Source: Escherichia coli (lineage in GTDB: Bacteria > Pseudomonadota > Gammaproteobacteria > Enterobacterales > Enterobacteriaceae). Taken from it: a stretch of 64,000 bases of DNA. The notes beneath the pieces are model-generated. The model made no database searches, was not told the origin of the DNA, and saw nothing but the letters and a program-made list of their open reading frames with translations. Positions within the stretch are counted from its first letter, which is position 1; each line of letters opens with the position of its first letter. Both the position numbers and the translations under genes were made by a program. Where the stretch lies: NCBI RefSeq assembly GCF_013122565.1, contig NZ_CP053258.1. One strand, written 5' to 3'. Positions 23,192 through 34,931 of this stretch are shown in pieces.

Positions 23192-25827
23192 TGTTTTTCC
23201 TCACACTCTTTTCCTTGCGGACAGTCATTTCCCGGCAGACGTGCGTTCTGCTCCAACCATGCCTGGAGATTATCGCCAAAGCGTAAACTGCGCCACAGCG
23301 TAAAAATATTCTCTTCATGATGGTAATTAAGGTTTACCGTACCGCTTTTACCATCAACGCGACTGGTACCTGTAATGTTGGCCTGCATGGTTAATAAACC
23401 GAGATTATCTAAATTAATATTTGTCGATGAACGGCTAATTTCCATATAGCGCAACCAGTTAATTGCTGAACCCGCAGTCATATTGTCTTTCACCACCGCA
23501 TCTGCGGTGTCTTTATCCAGCCGCAAGGTCATTGGCCCGCTATTTGCCAGCCAACCATCTTTCACAATCCATTTTTCGTTGTTTAGCCATAACGGCAATG
23601 CACCACTAAATGCCCCGGACATGGCGAATTGTTTCGGATTGATGGCGCTAACCAGTTCGCTGGATGAGAGATTATTCAGCCGCAACAGCGCCGGGTCATG
23701 TTGCGGCATACGTAATTGTTTCATCAGCACGTTACCGCCTAACACATCGACGCTAACATCAGTCAACAGCAATGGTTCTTCTTCTGTCCACGGATAGCGC
23801 CCTTGCAAATCAGCCGTAATATTTTTCGCTGTCACCAGATTAATCACTTCGGCAATTCGCAACGTAACGGGGCCGCGAGTCCCCAGATGCCAGGCTCCAT
23901 CGGCAAAACGGAAAGGCAGGACAAAATCGACACCGTTAACCTGATTATCTGGCATCCAGGCACTACCGCCTTTCAACACGCCGTGCCCTCCCGCGCGGAA
24001 TCCTTGTTCAGGCGCAGCAGAAAATGCAACCTGAGCATACAGTTCACCATCGCGTAAGTTCATCTTCCAGTCGGGTGGCACCAGCGGCTGGAATACAGTC
24101 AGTGATTGTTTAGGCCACCAGGCGTTACCGCGCAGACGAATACCGTCCCAGCGACCATTTACCCGAACCGGGCCAATCTCACCAGCATGTAAATCGCCTT
24201 TAAAGAGGAAATAGGTAGGATCGCGCCCATCGACACTAAATTTTAAGGTTGATGGCGGTAACAGACTGCCGCCAGTGAACAGCGTTTGCCCGGCGTCCAG
24301 TGACAGCGCGCCGCTGAAGGAGGGATGCTGTGCGTCACGTACCCAGACGACGGGCTTGTCGAGAATTAGTCGCGGCTTTTCTACCGTCATCGTACCGTAT
24401 TGTAACTGGTCGAAACCGGTGGAGAGATCGGTCAGCGTAATCGTGCTGTCATGCCACTCACCTTTTCCTGCGACATCCCAGGTGGCATTCATCGGTGTAA
24501 AACTGCCTTTTCCCCAGTAGCGCCACTGCCAGCGGCCAGCGTCAGGGAGAAAATCATTCGCCAGCCCATCCATATGCAGCACGAAATCGCCCAGTTCATT
24601 TTCATGCGCCTGCAAGATGGCCTGCAAACGTCCGTCAACACCACGTTGGGTGACTTTTACACCCGCTAAAGGCCAGCGGATTTCATCGATGTCCAGCGAA
24701 TCGATGACTCTTCCCTTCGAACGTAATAACGCGCCTGGCTCAAAGGCTAACGTTGGGTCAGTCAGACTTCCACTTAGCTGCGCGGGTAAGCGGGCATATA
24801 AAATGAGGTCCGCCTGTTTCGCTTCACCGGTCAGCTGCAGAGGCAGCTGACTGTTATCCATGCTTAATTTTCCTGGGCCAAAATTAAGCACCGCGTTGCC
24901 CTTACCCGCTTGCCCCTGGGTCAGCACACTCAGTCGTCCGCTGACCACTGCGTTCTCGATACCTGCCTGCCAGTTGTCGACTTTGACACCCAGTCGTCCA
25001 CTCAAAGGAAAACCTACATACGGCCAGCTCCAGCGACCATCGCTTACCGTCAATTGTTGACGAGTAATTTGCCACGGCAAATCGAGCAACGGATCGCCGT
25101 TATCCCGTGCCAGCACAATCAATTGCCCGCTATTTTCCTGCCAGTCCAGCTCGGCATCCACCAGTGACGGTTCCTGCGGCAAGTTTAACGTCGCAGTAGC
25201 ATGCCCACTTACAGGAAGTCCATCCGGCACTAGCGGCATAGTAAATTCCCCCACCAGTTTTACCGGCGGCTGATTTTCAAACGCGGCGACATCCAGTTCG
25301 CTGACTGTAAGTTGTTGCCCTTTCAACTGGCCTTGAAATTTAACTTTTTCGCCCTGATAACGCAGTTGCTGGATATCAGAGGTTAATGCGAGAGAGAGTT
25401 TTCCCTGCCATTCCTGCCAAGGAGAAAAAATCAGTTTATCGATATTGATCCAGGTGTTAGGCAGCATGGACTGCCACTGCGCGAGGGTTTTTGGAGCGGC
25501 TGGCGATTGCTCCGTCTGCGGCAATTTCGCCAGACAAGCAGAATCAAGTTCTACCGTGCCGACGTTCAATAACCAGCGGCTGGGATGTGAAAGGCTGGCG
25601 TTGGTGATATGCGCAAGCTGACAATCTCCCACCAGATAACGGAGATCGGGAATGATTAAACCTTTACGCGTAATGCGTGGGCTTTCATCTAATGCAATAC
25701 GTGTCCCGAGCGGTAGCCAGATGCCCGCCAGCGTGGGAACCCACAGCCCGAGCGTCATCAGCAGCGTCAACGGCACAAGAATAATCAGTAATAACAGCGC
25801 GAGAACGGCTTTATATTTACCCAGCAT
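23188..25827 (-). CDS. ydbH: AsmA-like envelope protein YdbH
   Basis: 879-aa ORF with N-terminal membrane anchor; first gene of the ydbH-ynbE-ydbL operon. Confidence 0.85.
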   Translation of the reverse strand: MLGKYKAVLALLLLIILVPLTLLMTLGLWVPTLAGIWLPLGTRIALDESPRITRKGLIIPDLRYLVGDCQLAHITNASLSHPSRWLLNVGTVELDSACLAKLPQTEQSPAAPKTLAQWQSMLPNTWINIDKLIFSPWQEWQGKLSLALTSDIQQLRYQGEKVKFQGQLKGQQLTVSELDVAAFENQPPVKLVGEFTMPLVPDGLPVSGHATATLNLPQEPSLVDAELDWQENSGQLIVLARDNGDPLLDLPWQITRQQLTVSDGRWSWPYVGFPLSGRLGVKVDNWQAGIENAVVSGRLSVLTQGQAGKGNAVLNFGPGKLSMDNSQLPLQLTGEAKQADLILYARLPAQLSGSLTDPTLAFEPGALLRSKGRVIDSLDIDEIRWPLAGVKVTQRGVDGRLQAILQAHENELGDFVLHMDGLANDFLPDAGRWQWRYWGKGSFTPMNATWDVAGKGEWHDSTITLTDLSTGFDQLQYGTMTVEKPRLILDKPVVWVRDAQHPSFSGALSLDAGQTLFTGGSLLPPSTLKFSVDGRDPTYFLFKGDLHAGEIGPVRVNGRWDGIRLRGNAWWPKQSLTVFQPLVPPDWKMNLRDGELYAQVAFSAAPEQGFRAGGHGVLKGGSAWMPDNQVNGVDFVLPFRFADGAWHLGTRGPVTLRIAEVINLVTAKNITADLQGRYPWTEEEPLLLTDVSVDVLGGNVLMKQLRMPQHDPALLRLNNLSSSELVSAINPKQFAMSGAFSGALPLWLNNEKWIVKDGWLANSGPMTLRLDKDTADAVVKDNMTAGSAINWLRYMEISRSSTNINLDNLGLLTMQANITGTSRVDGKSGTVNLNYHHEENIFTLWRSLRFGDNLQAWLEQNARLPGNDCPQGKECEEKQ

Positions 25828-26034
25828 GGGTAGTTAATATCCTGATTTAGCGAAAAATTAAGCATTCAATACGGGTATTGTGGCATGTTTAACCGTTCAG
25901 TTGAAGGTTGCGCCTACACTAAGCATAGTTGTTGATGAATTTTTCAATATCACCATGACTTTCAATTATATTTGAAATTTTGTAAAATATTTTTAGTAGC
26001 TTAAATGTGATTCAACATCACTGGAGAAAGTCTT

Positions 26035-27024
26035 ATGAAACTCGCCGTTTATAGCACAAAACAGTACGACAAGAAGTACCTGCAACAGGTGAACGAGTCC
26101 TTTGGCTTTGAGCTGGAATTTTTTGACTTTCTGCTGACGGAAAAAACCGCTAAAACTGCCAATGGCTGCGAAGCGGTATGTATTTTCGTAAACGATGACG
26201 GCAGCCGCCCGGTGCTGGAAGAGCTGAAAAAGCACGGCGTTAAATATATCGCCCTGCGCTGTGCCGGTTTCAATAACGTCGACCTTGACGCGGCAAAAGA
26301 ACTGGGGCTGAAAGTAGTCCGTGTTCCAGCCTATGATCCAGAAGCCGTTGCTGAACACGCCATCGGTATGATGATGACGCTGAACCGCCGTATTCACCGC
26401 GCGTATCAGCGTACCCGTGACGCTAACTTCTCTCTGGAAGGTCTGACCGGCTTTACTATGTATGGCAAAACGGCAGGCGTTATCGGTACCGGTAAAATCG
26501 GTGTGGCGATGCTGCGCATTCTGAAAGGTTTTGGTATGCGTCTGCTGGCGTTCGATCCGTATCCAAGTGCGGCGGCGCTGGAACTCGGTGTGGAGTATGT
26601 CGATCTGCCAACCCTGTTCTCTGAATCAGACGTTATCTCTCTGCACTGCCCACTGACACCGGAAAACTACCATCTGTTGAACGAAGCCGCCTTCGATCAG
26701 ATGAAAAATGGTGTGATGATCGTCAATACCAGTCGCGGTGCATTGATTGATTCTCAGGCGGCAATTGAAGCGCTGAAAAATCAGAAAATTGGTTCGTTGG
26801 GTATGGACGTGTATGAGAACGAACGCGATCTGTTCTTTGAAGATAAATCCAACGACGTAATTCAGGATGACGTATTCCGTCGCCTGTCTGCCTGCCACAA
26901 CGTGCTGTTTACCGGGCACCAGGCATTCCTGACAGCAGAAGCTCTGACCAGTATTTCTCAGACTACGCTGCAAAACTTAAGCAATCTGGAAAAAGGCGAA
27001 ACCTGCCCGAACGAACTGGTTTAA
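26035..27024 (+). CDS. ldhA: fermentative D-lactate dehydrogenase
   Basis: 329-aa ORF of the D-isomer 2-hydroxyacid dehydrogenase family with NAD-binding GxGxxG (GVIGTGKIG). Confidence 0.95.
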   Translation: MKLAVYSTKQYDKKYLQQVNESFGFELEFFDFLLTEKTAKTANGCEAVCIFVNDDGSRPVLEELKKHGVKYIALRCAGFNNVDLDAAKELGLKVVRVPAYDPEAVAEHAIGMMMTLNRRIHRAYQRTRDANFSLEGLTGFTMYGKTAGVIGTGKIGVAMLRILKGFGMRLLAFDPYPSAAALELGVEYVDLPTLFSESDVISLHCPLTPENYHLLNEAAFDQMKNGVMIVNTSRGALIDSQAAIEALKNQKIGSLGMDVYENERDLFFEDKSNDVIQDDVFRRLSACHNVLFTGHQAFLTAEALTSISQTTLQNLSNLEKGETCPNELV

Positions 27025-27031
27025 TCTTGCC

Positions 27032-27058
27032 GCTCCCCTGCATTCCAGGGGAGCTTAT
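27032..27058 (+). terminator. hairpin downstream of ldhA
   Basis: 9-bp stem GCTCCCCTG / CAGGGGAGC with a 5-nt loop, followed by TTATTC (weak U tract). Confidence 0.5.
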
Positions 27059-27134
27059 TCAGATAATCCCCAAAGACCTTTCATCCTCTATTCTTAAAAT
27101 AGCCCTGAGTCAGAAACTGTAATTGAGAACCACA

Positions 27135-27557
27135 ATGAAGAAAGTAGCCGCGCTTGTTGCGCTCAGCCTGCTGATGGCGGGATGTGTAAGTAATGACAAA
27201 ATTGCTGTAACGCCAGAACAGTTACAGCATCATCGTTTTGTGCTGGAAAGCGTAAACGGTAAGCCCGTGACCAGCGATAAAAATCCGCCAGAAATCAGCT
27301 TTGGTGAAAAAATGATGATTTCCGGCAGCATGTGTAACCGCTTTAGCGGTGAAGGCAAACTGTCTAATGGTGAACTGACCGCCAAAGGGCTGGCCATGAC
27401 CCGTATGATGTGCGCTAACCCGCAGCTTAATGAACTCGATAACACCATTAGCGAAATGCTGAAAGAAGGTGCACAAGTGGATCTGACCGCGAACCAGTTA
27501 ACGCTGGCAACCGCGAAACAGACATTAACTTATAAGCTAGCGGATTTAATGAATTAA
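27135..27557 (+). CDS. hslJ: heat-shock lipoprotein HslJ
   Basis: Longest ORF starts at TTG 27123; ATG at 27135 (MKKVAALVAL...) gives 140 aa; lipobox MAGC. Confidence 0.8.
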   Translation: MKKVAALVALSLLMAGCVSNDKIAVTPEQLQHHRFVLESVNGKPVTSDKNPPEISFGEKMMISGSMCNRFSGEGKLSNGELTAKGLAMTRMMCANPQLNELDNTISEMLKEGAQVDLTANQLTLATAKQTLTYKLADLMN

Positions 27558-27820
27558 TAGCTGCCACAGCTTCCGGCGGCAAGTGACTGTTCGCTACAGC
27601 GTTTGCCGTTGGGTAATGCACACATCCCAATCGCCGTACCATCCAGTTGACGGGCAACAGAAAGCGAACCGCCGATCATTGCACAATTTGCTTCTCCACT
27701 ACTGGACATCGACGCTTTTAAACCTGGCGCTACGTGCGCCGCAGTCGCCTGCTGAACAGGTTCACTACTACACGCCGACAACAATAAAGCGGCACCCCCT
27801 ACCCAAAACGCTGCTCGCAT
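27554..27820 (-). CDS. ydbJ: small lipoprotein YdbJ (DUF333)
   Basis: 88-aa ORF with signal peptide and lipobox LSAC; converges on hslJ with a 4-nt overlap. Confidence 0.7.
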   Translation of the reverse strand: MRAAFWVGGAALLLSACSSEPVQQATAAHVAPGLKASMSSSGEANCAMIGGSLSVARQLDGTAIGMCALPNGKRCSEQSLAAGSCGSY

Positions 27821-28093
27821 CTTTTCTTCCTCTGATCTTCAAGCCAAACGACACCGCCATAAATAATAGGCAGCACAGAGGGCGACGTCGAGAGCTGTCC
27901 TGCGCGTTGCCCCGCATTTTTACTTTTTTATGGCTATTTTTTTGCCCTCTGTTTGATCAAAACATTCATTACGCTGATGTGGGGGACACAAAAGCGAAAA
28001 TGCAGAAGAAAGCCATTTGCTAAAATTGAAAGATTACTACTGGGCGCGCAGCAATTTCGTGCGCCCCTCATTTGCGCAATGTAAGGGTGTCAT

Positions 28094-31000
28094 ATGATTA
28101 CTATTGACGGTAATGGCGCGGTTGCTTCGGTGGCGTTTCGCACCAGTGAAGTTATCGCCATCTACCCTATTACCCCCAGTTCCACGATGGCAGAACAGGC
28201 AGATGCCTGGGCCGGAAACGGCTTAAAGAACGTTTGGGGAGACACACCACGCGTGGTTGAAATGCAGTCGGAAGCGGGTGCTATCGCTACCGTGCATGGC
28301 GCTTTGCAGACGGGTGCCCTTTCAACATCGTTTACGTCATCGCAGGGTTTGCTGCTGATGATACCGACGCTGTACAAACTGGCAGGCGAACTCACACCGT
28401 TTGTCCTGCATGTAGCGGCACGTACCGTTGCCACACATGCACTCTCTATTTTTGGCGATCATTCCGACGTTATGGCGGTGCGCCAGACGGGTTGCGCGAT
28501 GTTGTGTGCAGCAAACGTCCAGGAAGCGCAAGACTTTGCTCTCATTTCGCAAATCGCGACGCTGAAAAGCCGCGTGCCATTTATTCATTTCTTTGATGGT
28601 TTCCGCACGTCCCACGAAATCAATAAAATTGTCCCGCTGGCCGATGACACGATTCTTGATCTCATGCCGCAGGCCGAAATTGATGCTCATCGCGCCCGGG
28701 CGCTCAACCCGGAACATCCGGTGATCCGCGGTACGTCCGCCAATCCTGACACTTATTTCCAGTCACGCGAAGCCACCAACCCATGGTACAACGCAGTCTA
28801 TGACCATGTTGAACAGGCGATGAATGATTTCGCTGCCGCGACAGGTCGTCAGTATCAGCCGTTTGAGTATTACGGGCATCCGCAAGCGGAACGGGTGATA
28901 ATCCTGATGGGCTCTGCCATTGGCACCTGTGAAGAAGTGGTTGATGAATTGCTAACCCGTGGCGAAAAAGTCGGCGTGCTGAAAGTTCGCCTGTACCGCC
29001 CCTTCTCCGCCAAACACTTGCTACAAGCTCTGCCGGGATCCGTACGCAGCGTGGCGGTACTGGACAGAACCAAAGAACCCGGTGCCCAGGCAGAACCGCT
29101 CTATCTGGATGTAATGACCGCACTGGCAGAAGCCTTTAATAATGGCGAGCGCGAAACTCTGCCCCGTGTCATTGGTGGGCGCTATGGTCTTTCATCCAAA
29201 GAATTTGGCCCGGACTGTGTACTGGCGGTATTTGCCGAGCTCAACGAGGCTAAACCGAAAGCACGCTTTACGGTTGGTATTTACGATGATGTAACCAATC
29301 TGTCACTACCGTTGCCGGAAAACACCCTGCCAAACTCGGCGAAACTTGAAGCCTTGTTTTATGGCCTTGGTAGTGATGGCAGCGTTTCCGCGACCAAAAA
29401 CAATATCAAGATTATCGGTAATTCCACGCCGTGGTACGCACAGGGCTATTTTGTTTACGACTCCAAAAAGGCGGGCGGCCTGACAGTTTCTCACCTTCGC
29501 GTGAGCGAACAGCCGATTCGTTCCGCTTATCTCATTTCCCAGGCTGATTTTGTTGGCTGCCACCAGTTGCAGTTTATCGATAAATATCAGATGGCTGAGC
29601 GTTTAAAACCTGGCGGCATTTTCCTGCTCAACACGCCATACAGCGCAGATGAAGTGTGGTCGCGCTTGCCGCAAGAAGTTCAGGCCGTGCTAAACCAGAA
29701 AAAAGCGCGCTTCTATGTGATTAACGCAGCGAAAATCGCCCGCGAATGTGGGCTGGCGGCCCGTATTAATACCGTCATGCAGATGGCTTTTTTCCATCTG
29801 ACGCAAATTCTGCCTGGCGATAGCGCCCTCGCAGAATTGCAGGGTGCGATTGCCAAAAGTTACAGTAGCAAAGGCCAGGATCTGGTGGAGCGCAACTGGC
29901 AGGCTCTGGCGCTGGCGCGTGAATCCGTAGAAGAAGTTCCGTTGCAGCCGGTTAATCCGCACAGCGCCAGTCGACCGCCTGTGGTTTCCGATGCCGCTCC
30001 TGATTTCGTGAAAACCGTAACCGCTGCGATGCTCGCCGGGCTTGGTGATGCCCTCCCCGTTTCGGCGCTGCCGCCAGACGGCACCTGGCCGATGGGCACC
30101 ACGCGCTGGGAAAAACGCAATATCGCCGAAGAGATCCCCATCTGGAAAGAGGAACTCTGTACCCAATGTAACCACTGCGTCGCTGCTTGCCCACACTCCG
30201 CTATTCGCGCAAAAGTGGTACCACCTGAAGCGATGGAAAACGCCCCTGCCAGCCTGCATTCGCTGGATGTGAAATCGCGTGATATGCGCGGGCAGAAATA
30301 TGTCTTGCAGGTGGCACCGGAAGATTGCACCGGTTGTAACCTGTGCGTCGAAGTTTGCCCGGCGAAAGACCGTCAGAATCCAGAGATTAAAGCCATCAAT
30401 ATGATGTCTCGCCTGGAACATGTCGAAGAAGAGAAAATCAATTACGATTTCTTCCTCAACCTGCCAGAAATCGACCGTAGCAAACTGGAACGTATTGATA
30501 TTCGTACATCGCAGCTGATTACACCGCTGTTTGAATATTCCGGTGCTTGTTCCGGTTGTGGCGAGACGCCGTATATTAAATTGCTGACTCAGCTCTATGG
30601 CGACCGGATGTTGATCGCTAACGCCACCGGCTGTTCTTCAATTTATGGCGGTAACCTGCCCTCCACACCGTATACTACCGATGCCAATGGTCGTGGACCG
30701 GCATGGGCGAACTCGCTGTTTGAAGATAACGCCGAATTTGGCCTGGGTTTCCGCCTGACGGTCGATCAACACCGTGTCCGGGTGCTGCGTCTGCTGGATC
30801 AATTTGCCGATAAAATCCCTGCGGAATTACTGACGGCGTTGAAATCAGACGCTACGCCAGAGGTTCGTCGAGAACAGGTCGCAGCTTTACGCCAGCAACT
30901 CAACGATGTTGCCGAAGCACATGAACTGCTGCGTGACGCAGATGCTCTGGTGGAAAAATCAATCTGGCTGATTGGTGGCGACGGCTGGGCTTACGATATC

Positions 31001-31618
31001 GGCTTTGGCGGTCTGGATCATGTATTGAGTTTGACGGAAAACGTCAACATTCTGGTGCTGGATACGCAATGCTATTCCAACACCGGTGGTCAGGCGTCGA
31101 AAGCGACACCGCTGGGTGCAGTAACTAAGTTCGGCGAGCACGGCAAACGTAAAGCGCGTAAAGATCTTGGCGTCAGTATGATGATGTACGGTCATGTTTA
31201 TGTGGCGCAGATTTCTCTCGGCGCGCAGCTGAACCAGACGGTGAAAGCGATTCAGGAAGCGGAAGCGTATCCGGGACCATCGCTTGTCATTGCTTATAGC
31301 CCGTGTGAAGAGCATGGTTACGATCTGGCTCTCAGCCACGACCAGATGCGCCAACTCACTGCTACCGGCTTCTGGCCGCTATATCGCTTCGATCCTCGTC
31401 GTGCCGATGAAGGCAAACTGCCGCTGGCGCTGGATTCACGCCCGCCGTCAGAAGCACTGGAAGAAACGTTACTTCATGAGCAGCGTTTCCGTCGTCTGAA
31501 TTCGCAGCAGCCAGAAGTGGCAGAACAGTTATGGAAAGATGCTGCAGCTGATTTGCAAAAACGCTATGACTTCCTGGCACAAATGGCCGGAAAAGCGGAA
31601 AAAAGCAACACCGATTAA
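28094..31618 (+). CDS. pfo: pyruvate:flavodoxin oxidoreductase
   Basis: 1174-aa ORF with two ferredoxin-type 4Fe-4S Cys clusters (CxxCxxCxxxCP) and a TPP-binding C-terminal domain; also known as ydbK. Confidence 0.95.
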   Translation: MITIDGNGAVASVAFRTSEVIAIYPITPSSTMAEQADAWAGNGLKNVWGDTPRVVEMQSEAGAIATVHGALQTGALSTSFTSSQGLLLMIPTLYKLAGELTPFVLHVAARTVATHALSIFGDHSDVMAVRQTGCAMLCAANVQEAQDFALISQIATLKSRVPFIHFFDGFRTSHEINKIVPLADDTILDLMPQAEIDAHRARALNPEHPVIRGTSANPDTYFQSREATNPWYNAVYDHVEQAMNDFAAATGRQYQPFEYYGHPQAERVIILMGSAIGTCEEVVDELLTRGEKVGVLKVRLYRPFSAKHLLQALPGSVRSVAVLDRTKEPGAQAEPLYLDVMTALAEAFNNGERETLPRVIGGRYGLSSKEFGPDCVLAVFAELNEAKPKARFTVGIYDDVTNLSLPLPENTLPNSAKLEALFYGLGSDGSVSATKNNIKIIGNSTPWYAQGYFVYDSKKAGGLTVSHLRVSEQPIRSAYLISQADFVGCHQLQFIDKYQMAERLKPGGIFLLNTPYSADEVWSRLPQEVQAVLNQKKARFYVINAAKIARECGLAARINTVMQMAFFHLTQILPGDSALAELQGAIAKSYSSKGQDLVERNWQALALARESVEEVPLQPVNPHSASRPPVVSDAAPDFVKTVTAAMLAGLGDALPVSALPPDGTWPMGTTRWEKRNIAEEIPIWKEELCTQCNHCVAACPHSAIRAKVVPPEAMENAPASLHSLDVKSRDMRGQKYVLQVAPEDCTGCNLCVEVCPAKDRQNPEIKAINMMSRLEHVEEEKINYDFFLNLPEIDRSKLERIDIRTSQLITPLFEYSGACSGCGETPYIKLLTQLYGDRMLIANATGCSSIYGGNLPSTPYTTDANGRGPAWANSLFEDNAEFGLGFRLTVDQHRVRVLRLLDQFADKIPAELLTALKSDATPEVRREQVAALRQQLNDVAEAHELLRDADALVEKSIWLIGGDGWAYDIGFGGLDHVLSLTENVNILVLDTQCYSNTGGQASKATPLGAVTKFGEHGKRKARKDLGVSMMMYGHVYVAQISLGAQLNQTVKAIQEAEAYPGPSLVIAYSPCEEHGYDLALSHDQMRQLTATGFWPLYRFDPRRADEGKLPLALDSRPPSEALEETLLHEQRFRRLNSQQPEVAEQLWKDAAADLQKRYDFLAQMAGKAEKSNTD

Positions 31619-31646
31619 ATGCACTGGATAAGGATTATCCAATTCT

Positions 31647-31685
31647 AAAAAAAAGCCCGGACGACTGTTCGGGCTTGTCTTTTTA
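31647..31685. terminator. bidirectional intrinsic terminator shared by pfo and micC
   Basis: A8 - GCCCGGACGACTGTTCGGGC - TTGTCTTTTT: a GC-rich hairpin flanked by an A-run and a T-rich run. Confidence 0.8.
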
Positions 31686-31756
31686 TATGTTAGAAAATCA
31701 GTGGCAATGCAATGGCCCAACAGAAAATAAAATCTGTGACAATAAAGGCATATAAC
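31647..31756 (-). ncRNA. micC: MicC small regulatory RNA (OmpC-repressing)
   Basis: Minus strand begins GTTATATGCCTTTATTGTCACAGATTTTATTTTCTG and ends in a GC hairpin plus U8, matching the MicC sequence as I recall it; lies between pfo and ompN. Confidence 0.8.
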
Positions 31757-31983
31757 CCGCGCAGAATAACGTATAGCAAATTAAAAGTATAATTTTTATT
31801 TTGTATGTATTATCTTCGATACATTCACCAGACTTATTATCATTTCAGAAGAATTATTTGATTAAGGTTTTACTTAAGGCGTAACAAATGATATTTATCG
31901 GCTAACTGAACTTCTCCTTTAGGATGTTTTCACTCCCCGAAATGGGGATAAAAGGCAAATAAAATAACTAAAGGATTTATTCA

Positions 31984-33117
31984 ATGAAAAGCAAAGTACT
32001 GGCACTTTTAATTCCTGCCCTGCTCGCCGCAGGTGCTGCACATGCAGCCGAAGTTTATAATAAAGACGGCAATAAATTAGATCTGTATGGCAAAGTTGAT
32101 GGCCTGCATTATTTTTCTGATAATTCAGCGAAAGATGGCGACCAGAGCTATGCGCGTCTGGGTTTTAAAGGCGAAACCCAAATTAACGATCAACTTACTG
32201 GCTACGGTCAATGGGAATACAATATTCAGGCAAACAACACTGAATCTTCAAAAAACCAGTCATGGACCCGTCTGGCATTTGCCGGACTGAAATTTGCAGA
32301 TTACGGTTCTTTCGATTACGGACGTAATTATGGCGTAATGTACGACATCGAAGGCTGGACCGATATGCTGCCTGAATTTGGCGGTGACTCTTATACCAAT
32401 GCAGACAACTTTATGACTGGTCGTGCCAATGGCGTCGCGACTTATCGTAATACTGATTTCTTCGATCTGGTAAATGGTCTGAACTTCGCGGTGCAGTATC
32501 AAGGTAACAACGAAGGTGCCAGTAATGGTCAGGAAGGCACCAACAACGGACGTGATGTTCGCCATGAAAACGGTGACGGCTGGGGTCTTTCCACAACATA
32601 TGATTTAGGCATGGGCTTTAGCGCTGGTGCGGCATACACCTCATCTGACCGCACCAATGACCAGGTTAACCATACTGCGGCAGGTGGTGATAAAGCAGAC
32701 GCGTGGACTGCTGGGCTAAAATACGATGCTAACAATATTTACCTGGCAACCATGTATTCAGAAACGCGTAATATGACCCCGTTTGGCGACAGCGATTATG
32801 CAGTTGCGAACAAAACCCAGAACTTTGAAGTTACTGCACAATACCAGTTTGATTTTGGTCTGCGTCCGGCAGTCTCTTTCCTGATGTCTAAAGGCCGTGA
32901 CCTTCACGCTGCCGGTGGTGCAGACAACCCGGCAGGTGTTGATGATAAAGATCTGGTTAAATACGCCGATGTTGGCGCAACTTACTATTTCAATAAAAAC
33001 ATGTCCACCTATGTTGACTATAAAATCAACCTGTTGGATGAAGATGACAGTTTCTACGCTGCCAACGGCATCTCTACCGATGATATTGTTGCTTTAGGTC
33101 TGGTTTATCAGTTCTAA
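31984..33117 (+). CDS. ompN: outer-membrane porin OmpN
   Basis: 377-aa ORF with signal peptide, general porin (OmpC/OmpF family) sequence and C-terminal YQF. Confidence 0.9.
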   Translation: MKSKVLALLIPALLAAGAAHAAEVYNKDGNKLDLYGKVDGLHYFSDNSAKDGDQSYARLGFKGETQINDQLTGYGQWEYNIQANNTESSKNQSWTRLAFAGLKFADYGSFDYGRNYGVMYDIEGWTDMLPEFGGDSYTNADNFMTGRANGVATYRNTDFFDLVNGLNFAVQYQGNNEGASNGQEGTNNGRDVRHENGDGWGLSTTYDLGMGFSAGAAYTSSDRTNDQVNHTAAGGDKADAWTAGLKYDANNIYLATMYSETRNMTPFGDSDYAVANKTQNFEVTAQYQFDFGLRPAVSFLMSKGRDLHAAGGADNPAGVDDKDLVKYADVGATYYFNKNMSTYVDYKINLLDEDDSFYAANGISTDDIVALGLVYQF

Positions 33118-33125
33118 ATCCTCCT

Positions 33126-33149
33126 GCCCGCTGTTTTGGCGGGCTTTTT
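33126..33149 (+). terminator. intrinsic terminator of ompN
   Basis: Stem GCCCGC / GCGGGC with loop TGTTTTG, followed by T5. Confidence 0.8.
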
Positions 33150-33176
33150 CTGCTTATTCTTCCTCCTTTGATCTAA

Positions 33177-33692
<516 letters not shown>

Positions 33693-33699
33693 CACTAAC

Positions 33700-33724
33700 G
33701 CCCGCACATTGCTGCGGGCTTTTT
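33700..33724 (+). terminator. intrinsic terminator of uspF
   Basis: Stem GCCCGCA / TGCGGGC followed by T5, 8 nt after the uspF stop. Confidence 0.8.
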
Positions 33725-33867
33725 GATTCATTTCGCAAATGTGCTGACATTTTCCCCTCTAATCCGTACCATACACGCCACAGTTTTTATATCAGATTTC
33801 TTATGCTGGGCGTTCCGGCATGACGCATACTCTTCTGATGCCATATAACGAATTGAGTCGCTTTTAA

Positions 33868-34803
33868 ATGTCGCAAAATCAAGAAATTAGCAAGAAAGAA
33901 CAATACAATCTGAACAAATTACAAAAACGCCTGCGTCGTAACGTGGGCGAAGCCATAGCTGACTTCAATATGATTGAAGAAGGCGATCGCATCATGGTTT
34001 GCCTCTCCGGGGGTAAAGACAGCTATACCATGCTGGAGATTCTGCGCAATTTGCAGCAAAGCGCGCCAATCAATTTTTCACTGGTGGCTGTTAACCTCGA
34101 TCAAAAGCAACCGGGCTTCCCGGAACACGTTCTGCCCGAGTATCTTGAAAAGCTGGGCGTTGAGTACAAGATTGTTGAAGAGAACACTTACGGTATCGTG
34201 AAAGAGAAGATTCCAGAGGGCAAAACCACTTGCTCACTGTGTTCTCGGCTACGTCGCGGTATCCTTTATCGCACCGCAACGGAACTGGGGGCGACGAAGA
34301 TCGCGTTGGGCCACCATCGTGACGATATCCTGCAAACGTTGTTCTTAAATATGTTCTACGGCGGCAAGATGAAAGGTATGCCTCCGAAACTGATGAGCGA
34401 TGATGGCAAACATATCGTTATTCGTCCACTGGCCTACTGCCGCGAGAAAGATATTCAGCGATTTGCCGATGCAAAAGCGTTCCCGATTATTCCGTGCAAC
34501 CTGTGCGGTTCACAGCCTAACCTGCAACGACAAGTGATTGCTGACATGTTGCGTGACTGGGATAAACGTTATCCGGGGCGTATCGAGACGATGTTCAGCG
34601 CGATGCAGAATGTGGTGCCGTCGCATCTGTGCGATACCGACCTGTTCGATTTTAAAGGCATTACCCACGGTTCTGAAGTGGTTAACGGCGGTGATCTGGC
34701 GTTTGATCGCGAAGAGATCCCACTACAACCGGCGGGCTGGCAGCCTGAAGAAGATGAAAATCAGTTGGATGAGTTACGGCTGAATGTGGTTGAAGTGAAA
34801 TAA
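33868..34803 (+). CDS. ttcA: tRNA 2-thiocytidine biosynthesis protein TtcA
   Basis: 311-aa ORF with PP-loop SGGKDS and CxxC motifs. Confidence 0.9.
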   Translation: MSQNQEISKKEQYNLNKLQKRLRRNVGEAIADFNMIEEGDRIMVCLSGGKDSYTMLEILRNLQQSAPINFSLVAVNLDQKQPGFPEHVLPEYLEKLGVEYKIVEENTYGIVKEKIPEGKTTCSLCSRLRRGILYRTATELGATKIALGHHRDDILQTLFLNMFYGGKMKGMPPKLMSDDGKHIVIRPLAYCREKDIQRFADAKAFPIIPCNLCGSQPNLQRQVIADMLRDWDKRYPGRIETMFSAMQNVVPSHLCDTDLFDFKGITHGSEVVNGGDLAFDREEIPLQPAGWQPEEDENQLDELRLNVVEVK

Positions 34804-34810
34804 CCAGGAT

Positions 34811-34884
34811 AGCGCCCGATGCGCAAGCGTATCGGGCTACTCTAATGGAGGCCGGATAAGACGCGGCCAGCGTCGCATCCGGCA
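34811..34884. repeat. REP/BIME element between convergent ttcA and dbpA
   Basis: Two imperfect palindromic units (GCGCCCGATGCGCAAGCGTATCGGGC and GGCCGGATAAGACGCGGCCAGCGTCGCATCCGGC), typical enterobacterial REP sequences. Confidence 0.8.
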
Positions 34885-34931
34885 ATCCCGAATAAGATGT
34901 TTACTCTTGCACCCGGCAATTCAACATCTCA

